Shown piece by piece: positions 58,109 through 64,000 of a stretch of 64,000 bases of DNA. Position numbers and translations under genes: made by a program. The notes under the pieces were generated by a model, which searched no databases, was not told where the DNA came from, and saw only the letters and a list, made by a program, of their open reading frames with translations. Location of the stretch: the NCBI GenBank assembly GCA_036500965.1, contig DASYBC010000155.1:1230-65229 (forward strand), given 5' to 3'. The stretch comes from Stellaceae bacterium. Its GTDB lineage: Bacteria > Pseudomonadota > Alphaproteobacteria > ATCC43930 > CGMCC-115725. Numbering within the stretch: the stretch's first letter is position 1; each line of letters opens with the position of its first letter.

Positions 58109-58216
58109 CTAGCCCTGCGCGCGGGCCCGCTGCCGCCGTCGTTTCGCCTTCAGCTTGGCCTTGCGCCGGGCCGCGCGCTCCCGGGTCCGCGGTTGGCGCT
58201 GCTGGGCTCTTTTCAT
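58109..58216 (-). CDS. possible 35-aa highly basic peptide
   Basis: GAGGAG RBS 7 nt upstream of the ATG. MKRAQQRQPRTRERAARRKAKLKAKRRRQRARAQG. Below the ORF-track cut-off. Confidence 0.25.
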   Translation of the reverse strand: MKRAQQRQPRTRERAARRKAKLKAKRRRQRARAQG

Positions 58217-58260
58217 AATGCTCTCCTCAGATGGCGCCAAACCCCGAGCTGCGCGCCTTT

Positions 58261-58527
58261 TCAGCGGCGCTCCCAAGGCGGAAACAGCTCGTCGGGGTCG
58301 TTGACCCAGACAAAGGCTATGCCGTGCTGGTCGGCGCAGTCTACGGCGTGGCGAAACTCTCCCAGCACCGCGGCGTCGGGCCTGCTCTGGTCAACCAGGC
58401 TCGATTGCCCGTGGACAAAGCGCCAGCTTCCGAGGATGCGATCGGGGTCCGTAGGGCTGCGATAGACTTTGAATTCTATGCAGCTGGCTCCGCCCGCCTC
58501 TTCCTTTCCTTCGACGACCGCGACCAC
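58261..58527 (-). CDS. hypothetical protein (88 aa)
   Basis: The protein-like part of ORF 58261..58647 lies downstream of tRNA-His. GTG at 58527 is preceded by GGGAGG. Confidence 0.4.
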   Translation of the reverse strand: MVAVVEGKEEAGGASCIEFKVYRSPTDPDRILGSWRFVHGQSSLVDQSRPDAAVLGEFRHAVDCADQHGIAFVWVNDPDELFPPWERR

Positions 58528-58602
58528 AAGCGCCTCCCGCCCCCCGACCCGATGCCGCTGCGCCGCACCGCGATGGCGCGATCCCGCACCCGCACAAAGC
58601 TT

Positions 58603-58680
58603 TGGGGCGAGTGATCGGATTTGAACCGACGACATCCAGATCCACAATCTGGCGCTCTAACCAACTGAGCTACACCCGCC
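58603..58680 (-). tRNA. tRNA-His (GTG)
   Basis: Reverse complement GGCGGGTGTAGCTCAGTTGGTTAGAGCGCCAGATTGTGGATCTGGATGTCGTCGGTTCAAATCCGATCACTCGCCCCA. Extra 5' G(-1), anticodon loop TTGTGGA, encoded CCA. Confidence 0.9.
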
Positions 58681-58762
58681 GCCGCAGTTGGAGGTAACGG
58701 TTCGCGCTCCGGCCGTCAAGCCATGAGCCGCCCCTGTGAAAAGCGGCGGCGTCCCGATCCGG

Positions 58763-58993
58763 TCACGCGTCGATCAGGCTCAGCCGCCGCTCTATGCGCT
58801 CGATCCTTTGGTCCATGTTGTCGAGGCGGAGTTGGGTGGCCGCGTAGTCGACCTTCATCCCGGCCAAGTCGCGTTCGATCGCTCCGATGCGTGTCGTCAA
58901 CTCGCCAAGCCGAGTCTCGATGCGCTTGAGCCGCTCGTTGACACGCGCGAAATTGGCACGAAGGAAATCGAGCACCTCCGAGTCTGTGGCCAT
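58763..58993 (-). CDS. small coiled-coil protein (76 aa)
   Basis: MATDSEVLDFLRANFARVNERLKRIETRLGELTTRIGAIERDLAGMKVDYAATQLRLDNMDQRIERIERRL has heptad character. The rest of ORF 58763..59842 is a shadow of nnr. Confidence 0.5.
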   Translation of the reverse strand: MATDSEVLDFLRANFARVNERLKRIETRLGELTTRIGAIERDLAGMKVDYAATQLRLDNMDQRIERIERRLSLIDA

Positions 58994-59108
58994 GACGAAA
59001 TCATGGGAACGAACGACGCGGTAAGCAAGCTCGGTCCCCCAGCGGCCTCGGAGCGGCCTCGGATATGCCCGACTTTCCACCGCCGGTCCCCAGCCCCACA
59101 TCTCAGCG

Positions 59109-60614
59109 ATGGCCATTTCCCCCGGGGGCTGGCGGCGGCAGGCGCTGCTGACGCCGCGGCAGATGGGCGAGGCCGACCGGCTGGCGATCGCCGGCGGCAT
59201 CGCCGGCAGCGTGCTGATGGAGAATGCCGGCCGCGCGCTCGCCGATGCGGTTTCGCGGCGCTGGCCGCCGCGGCCGGTCGTGGTGCTGTGCGGGCCGGGC
59301 AACAACGGCGGCGACGGCTTTGTCGCCGCGCGCATGCTGGCCGAGCGCGGGTGGCGGGTGCGGGTGGCGCTGCTCGGCGACCTCTCGGCCCTGCGCGGCG
59401 ATGCAGCCGCGGCGGCCGCCCGCTGGCCGCGGCCGGTCGAATCGCTGATGCCCGAAGGGCTCGACGGAGCCGGTCTGGTGATCGACGCGATTTTCGGCGC
59501 CGGGCTGGCGCGGCCGGTCGAGGGTGCGGCACTCGCCGTAATCGAGGCGCTCGGCCGGCGCGCGATGCCGGTCGTCGCGGTCGATGTGCCGAGCGGGGTC
59601 GACGGCGCCAGCGGTGAAATCCGCGGGGCGGCGCCGCGGGCGGCGCTGACGGTCACGTTCTTTCGCAAAAAGCCGGGCCATCTGCTGCTGCCCGGCCGCA
59701 GCCATTGCGGCGAGACGGTGCTGGCGCCGATCGGCATACCGGAGGGGGTGCTCGACCGGGTCGCGCCCGACACCGCCAAAAATGATCCGGCCTGGTGGCT
59801 CGGCGAGTTGCCCCGCCCCGGTCTCGACAGCCACAAATACACGCGCGGGCACGCGCTGGTGGCCGGCGGCGCGGTGATGACCGGGGCGGCGCGGCTCGCG
59901 GCCCGCAGCGCCGCCCGGCTCGGCGCCGGCCTCGTTACCGTGGCGGCGCCCGAGGCGGCGTTCCCGATCTATGCTGCGGCGCTGACCGGGGTCATCGTCC
60001 AGCCGGTTGCCGGGATCGACGATTTTGCCGCGCTGCTCGCCGACAAGCGGCGCAATGCGGCGCTGATCGGCCCTGGCGCCGGGGTCGGCGGCGACACCCG
60101 CGACAAGGTTCTGGCGATCCTCGCCGCCGCCAAGCGGGCGGTGCTCGACGCCGATGCGCTGACGTCCTTCGCCGGCGATCCACAGACCCTGTTCGCGGCG
60201 ATCCGCTCGCCGGTCATAATGACGCCGCATCTGGGCGAATTCGCCCGCATCTTCGATTTTGCCGGCAGCAAGCCCGAACGGGCGCGGCAAGCGGCGCGGC
60301 AGAGCGGCGCTGTCATCGTGCTGAAAGGCGCCGACACCGTCGTCGCCGCGCCGGACGGTCGCGTCGCGATCAACGCCAACGCGCCGCCCGATTTGGCAAC
60401 GGCGGGCAGCGGCGACGTGCTCGCCGGCATGGTGCTGGGGCTGCTCGCCCAGGGAATGGACCCATTCGCGGCGGCGGCGGCGGCAGTCTGGCTGCATGGC
60501 GATGCCGCCCGACGGATCGGTGCCGGGCTGGTCGCCGAGGATCTGGTCGAGGCGGCGGCGCCGGCGCTGCGCGATCTCGCGGACGCTGGGCAGGCGCGCC
60601 CGCTTTGGGGTTGA
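59109..60614 (+). CDS. nnr: bifunctional NAD(P)H-hydrate epimerase / ADP-dependent dehydratase
   Basis: N-terminal YjeF_N (GPGNNGGDGFVAAR) and C-terminal carbohydrate-kinase-like domain (KYTRGHALV, GSGDVLAG). Confidence 0.85.
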   Translation: MAISPGGWRRQALLTPRQMGEADRLAIAGGIAGSVLMENAGRALADAVSRRWPPRPVVVLCGPGNNGGDGFVAARMLAERGWRVRVALLGDLSALRGDAAAAAARWPRPVESLMPEGLDGAGLVIDAIFGAGLARPVEGAALAVIEALGRRAMPVVAVDVPSGVDGASGEIRGAAPRAALTVTFFRKKPGHLLLPGRSHCGETVLAPIGIPEGVLDRVAPDTAKNDPAWWLGELPRPGLDSHKYTRGHALVAGGAVMTGAARLAARSAARLGAGLVTVAAPEAAFPIYAAALTGVIVQPVAGIDDFAALLADKRRNAALIGPGAGVGGDTRDKVLAILAAAKRAVLDADALTSFAGDPQTLFAAIRSPVIMTPHLGEFARIFDFAGSKPERARQAARQSGAVIVLKGADTVVAAPDGRVAINANAPPDLATAGSGDVLAGMVLGLLAQGMDPFAAAAAAVWLHGDAARRIGAGLVAEDLVEAAAPALRDLADAGQARPLWG

Positions 60615-60669
60615 CGGCGGCCGCGGCCGCGCGTCTTTGTCAGCCCCCGCCACTGCCGCCGCGGCCATC

Positions 60670-62103
60670 ATGAACGATCGCCCCTCCGCTGGTTTTTTTG
60701 AGGGCGTTTTCGACCGGACGTTGAGCAATCTGCGCAGCGCCTGGCGCGACATCGCGCTGTCTGCCCGCGGCGTCTTGACCCGGACCCCGCGGCCCGAGCT
60801 GTCCGGCGACGATATCAGCCTGCTGCGCGAGCAGATGCTGCGCTGCCTCGACGGTCGCGGCGGCGAGGTCACGGCGCGGGCGCGCGCGGCCAATCTCGGC
60901 CGCACTTATCTGTTGCTCGACGCCGATGGGCGCGAGCGCTTCCTGCGGCTGCTTGCCGGCGAGTTCGACGTCAACCGGGCTGAGATCGACCGCTGCTGCG
61001 CGGCACTCGCCAGGTCCGAGGGCACGGTCGAGCGCGCCGCAGCCGAGCGCGAATTGCGCACCGCGCTGGAGCCGCCGCGCATCACCCTCTTGCGCCAGTT
61101 CAATGCGCTGCCCGAGGGGGTCAAGTTCCTCGTCGACCGGCGCGCCGAGCTGATCGAGCTGGGCCGGCGCGATCCGCTGCTGCACGGCCTCGAGGAGGAT
61201 TTGAAGCGGCTGTTGGCCAACTGGTTCGATATCGGCTTTCTCGAATTGAAGCGGATCGGCTGGGAATCGCCGGCGGCCCTGCTCGAAAAGCTGATGGCCT
61301 ACGAGGCGGTGCACGAAATCCGCAGCTGGGCCGATCTGAAGAACCGGCTCGAAGCCGACCGCCGCTGCTTCGCCTTTTTCCACCCGCGCATGCCCGACGA
61401 GCCGCTGATCTTTGTCGAGATCGCGCTGGTCTCGGGCATGTCGAGCGATGTCAACGCGCTGCTCGACGAGGCAGCGCCGATCGGCGATCCACAGGCCGCC
61501 AACACGGCGATCTTCTACTCAATCTCAACTTGCCAGCAGGGCCTCGCCGGGATCAGCCTCGGCGACTTTCTGATCAAGCGGGTCGTCGATGCGCTGACCG
61601 CCGACCTGCCGCGGCTGAAGGTGTTCGCGACGTTGTCGCCGGTCCCGGGATTTCGCGCCTGGCTCGATCGCCACAGCGAAGCGGCGCCCGAGGCTCTGTT
61701 GTTGCCGGCCGAGCGGAGCGCCATCGAGGCGCTCGGCGACGCCGTTGCCGAGCGCGATCTGCCGGAGCTGCTCGCCCGCCCGGATTGGCACGACCAGCCG
61801 CAGCTGGCGGCGGCGCTGCGCGAGCCGCTCTTGCGCCTGTGCGCGCGCTATCTGCTGCGCGAACGGGCGCCGTCGGGCCGGGCGCTCGATCCAGTCGCGC
61901 ATTTCCATCTGAGCAACGGCGCGCGGGTCGAGCGGCTGAATTGGCAGGGCGACGTATCGCCAAAGGGCTTGCAGCAATCCGCCGGGATCATGGTCAACTA
62001 TCTTTACCCGCTGCCCGAAATCGAGTCCAACCACGAGGCTTATCGCGGCGAAGGGCGGGTCGCCGCTTCGGCCGCCCTGCACGCCCTGGCGCGGGCCGGG
62101 TAA
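60670..62103 (+). CDS. malonyl-CoA decarboxylase
   Basis: FFHPRMPDEPLIFVEIAL, AIFYSISTCQQGLAGISLGDFLIKRVV, FATLSPVPGFRAWL, HFHLSNGA. Start set to the ATG at 60670. Confidence 0.85.
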   Translation: MNDRPSAGFFEGVFDRTLSNLRSAWRDIALSARGVLTRTPRPELSGDDISLLREQMLRCLDGRGGEVTARARAANLGRTYLLLDADGRERFLRLLAGEFDVNRAEIDRCCAALARSEGTVERAAAERELRTALEPPRITLLRQFNALPEGVKFLVDRRAELIELGRRDPLLHGLEEDLKRLLANWFDIGFLELKRIGWESPAALLEKLMAYEAVHEIRSWADLKNRLEADRRCFAFFHPRMPDEPLIFVEIALVSGMSSDVNALLDEAAPIGDPQAANTAIFYSISTCQQGLAGISLGDFLIKRVVDALTADLPRLKVFATLSPVPGFRAWLDRHSEAAPEALLLPAERSAIEALGDAVAERDLPELLARPDWHDQPQLAAALREPLLRLCARYLLRERAPSGRALDPVAHFHLSNGARVERLNWQGDVSPKGLQQSAGIMVNYLYPLPEIESNHEAYRGEGRVAASAALHALARAG

Positions 62104-62281
62104 CCGCAGCCGGGGCGCCGGTCGCGTTCGAGGTTCGCACCGCCTTGATCACGGCCGTTCCCCGGCCCACGTCATGAGCCCGGTTTTCGGCGCCGGCCCA
62201 CGCCGCCCGGGACCTGTCTAGATGAAAAGCGATGTCCGTGCTACAAAGGCGCTTGGCCGGGCCGCTCCGGGAGTTGCCGCG

Positions 62282-62366
62282 GCGGGCGTGGCGGAACTGG
62301 CAGACGCACTGGATTTAGGTTCCAGCGATGCAAATCGTGGGGGTTCAAATCCCCCCGCCCGCACCA
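62282..62366 (+). tRNA. tRNA-Leu (TAG)
   Basis: GCGGGCGTGGCGGAACTGGCAGACGCACTGGATTTAGGTTCCAGCGATGCAAATCGTGGGGGTTCAAATCCCCCCGCCCGCACCA. Long variable arm, anticodon loop TTTAGGT. Confidence 0.9.
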
Positions 62367-62517
62367 CGGGCGTGCCGAGATCATGCGAGATCACTGAGAA
62401 GAGGCTGTTGTCGATGACGGGTTTATTGGCGGTCGTGAGCATCGGGCGAGCATCGGGCCGACCGGCGGGCGCCCGGCACGCGCCGGCCGCTCGCGGCGAC
62501 AGCGCGGGCCTCCTCTG

Positions 62518-64000
62518 ATGCAGGCGACGGAAACCAGCGCCGACGGGCTCAAGCGCGAGTTCCGCATCGTGGTCCCGGCGGGTGAGCTCGAGGACAAGGT
62601 CGTCACCCGGCTCGACGAGCTCGGCCGCACCATTCGCCTGCCGGGGTTCCGCCCCGGCAAGGTACCGATGCAGCTGTTGCGCCGGCGCTATGGCCCCTCG
62701 GTCCTCGGCGAGGTGCTGGAGAGCACGGTCCAAGGCAGCTCGGCCGAGACGATCCGCGAGCATAATCTCAGACCGGCGCTGCCGCCCAAGGTCGACATCG
62801 TCTCGTTCGCCGAGGGCACCGATCTTGAATACAAGATGCTGGTCGAGGTTCTGCCCGACATCCCGGAGCCGAACTTTGCCGATCTCGGCATCGAGCGGCT
62901 GGTCGTCGAGGTGCCGGGGGAGAGCGTCGATGCGGCCATCGCGCGGATTGCCGAGCAGCAGCGCAAATCCGAGCCGGCCGAGCGCCCGGCGGAGACCGGC
63001 GACGTCCTCGTCATAGACGTCGACGGCCGGGTGGGCGGCGAGGAGATCCCCGGCGCCAGCGGCAAGGGCCGGCACATCGCGCTTGGCTCGGGCGGGTTTA
63101 TCGCCGGCTTCGAGGACCAGCTGATCGGCGCCGCCGCCGGCGAGCACCGCACGGTGCGGGTCACGTTCCCCGAGGACTATGCCGCCCAGAATCTCGCCGG
63201 CAAAGAGGCGGTGTTCGAGGTCGAGGTCAAAGAGGTGCGGCAACTGCTGCCGGCGGCGATCGACGACGAGCTGGGCAAATCGGTCGGGCTCGATACTTTG
63301 GCCGAGCTGCGCGCCGAGGTGCAGCAGCAGATGCAGCGCGAATACGCCGCGGCCTCGCGCCTGCGGCTGAAGCGTGCACTGCTTGACAAGCTGGCCGAGC
63401 GCTATGATTTCCCGGTGCCGCCGGGCATGGTCGAGCTCGAATTCGACAATATCTGGGCGCAGCACCAGGCCGAGCAGAAGCTCGAGCAGGAGTGCGCCGC
63501 CGGCAGCGCCGCCGAACCGCAGAGCGGCGCGGCCGCGGCGGCAGCCGTCGAGGAGACGCCGCAAGGGGCGGCGCCCACCGATCCGGCGCCGGCGGCCGAG
63601 GCGGCAGCTGGCGGCCCGGTCGAAGCCGGCGCGCCTGGCGCCGAGGAGAGCGCGCCGAATGGTGCAGGGGAAAGCGGTGCCGCAGCCGCCGCGGATGACG
63701 GCGAGGACAGCGTCAGGGCGGAATATCGCAAGATCGCCGAGCGCCGCGTCCGGCTCGGCCTGCTGTTGGCGGAGGTCGGGCGCGCCAACAACATCGCGGT
63801 GAGCCAGGAGGAGGTCAACCAGGCGATTGCCCGCGAAATCCGCCAGCATCCCGGCTACGAGCGTCAGGCGTTGGATTTCTATCGCCAGAATCCCGAGGCC
63901 ATGGCCAGACTGCGGGCGCCGATCTTTGAGGATAAGGTGATCGATTTCATCGTCGAGCTGGCCAAGGTCGAAGAGCGCCGGGTGACCCCCGAAGAGCTGC
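62518..64000 (+). CDS. tig: trigger factor, 3'-truncated by the window end
   Basis: MQATETSADGLKREFRIVVPAGELEDKV...LPGFRPGKVP...FIAGFEDQLIGA. Open to the window edge, so absent from the ORF track. Contains an Ala/Glu/Pro-rich insertion. Confidence 0.9.
   Translation, partial: MQATETSADGLKREFRIVVPAGELEDKVVTRLDELGRTIRLPGFRPGKVPMQLLRRRYGPSVLGEVLESTVQGSSAETIREHNLRPALPPKVDIVSFAEGTDLEYKMLVEVLPDIPEPNFADLGIERLVVEVPGESVDAAIARIAEQQRKSEPAERPAETGDVLVIDVDGRVGGEEIPGASGKGRHIALGSGGFIAGFEDQLIGAAAGEHRTVRVTFPEDYAAQNLAGKEAVFEVEVKEVRQLLPAAIDDELGKSVGLDTLAELRAEVQQQMQREYAAASRLRLKRALLDKLAERYDFPVPPGMVELEFDNIWAQHQAEQKLEQECAAGSAAEPQSGAAAAAAVEETPQGAAPTDPAPAAEAAAGGPVEAGAPGAEESAPNGAGESGAAAAADDGEDSVRAEYRKIAERRVRLGLLLAEVGRANNIAVSQEEVNQAIAREIRQHPGYERQALDFYRQNPEAMARLRAPIFEDKVIDFIVELAKVEERRVTPEEL

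Noticed and set aside
62438-62462. Tandem GAGCATCGGGC x2 between tRNA-Leu and tig.
   Set aside because: Two short copies only, plausibly part of the tig promoter or leader. No further evidence.
63470-63720. Ala/Glu/Pro-rich ~70-aa insertion in trigger factor.
   Set aside because: Alphaproteobacterial trigger factors commonly carry low-complexity insertions at this position. Not considered unusual.

Overview
High-GC, alphaproteobacterial-type chromosome segment; no finer taxon can be supported from sequence alone. It has three parts. (1) 1-26.4 kb is core metabolism: an amidohydrolase, a cupredoxin, YbjQ, an alpha/beta hydrolase with an LLM oxidoreductase, a REP-associated tyrosine transposase flanked by REP hairpins, an SDR and a TPP enzyme. 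A complete GlgE-pathway/trehalose/glycogen cluster follows: glgE (fused to a second GH13 domain), treS-pep2, glgB, glgX, treZ, malQ, treY. (2) 26,552-48,332 is a ~21.8-kb integrated mobile element bounded by a perfect 33-bp direct repeat. It carries a P4/DUF4102-type integrase, AlpA-like HTH genes, two very large orphan ORFs (681 and 1333 aa, the second with a phage-tail-lysozyme-like N-terminus) and a block of envelope-targeted small proteins including a PEP-CTERM protein. It also carries an array of GTGTCCT iterons next to an SF3 (P4/D5-type) helicase, a tightly coupled leftward regulatory/replication operon (XRE, RHH, HTH, a GcrA-C-terminal-like mini protein), a metallophosphoesterase, a double zinc-ribbon protein, and a second small tyrosine recombinase with a lox/dif-like site. 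No capsid, terminase, portal or T4SS gene is recognisable. This element is the best candidate for something undescribed. (3) 48.3-64 kb is housekeeping: tRNA-Cys, a 680-bp low-GC cassette with perfect 21-bp terminal inverted repeats, rpoZ with a long acidic tail, spoT/rsh, lepB, rnc, a DUF2946/OMP/copC/copD-cytochrome c copper operon, tRNA-His, nnr, malonyl-CoA decarboxylase, tRNA-Leu and the 5' part of tig. Most long antisense or off-frame ORFs in the track are GC-driven shadows and are not reported.
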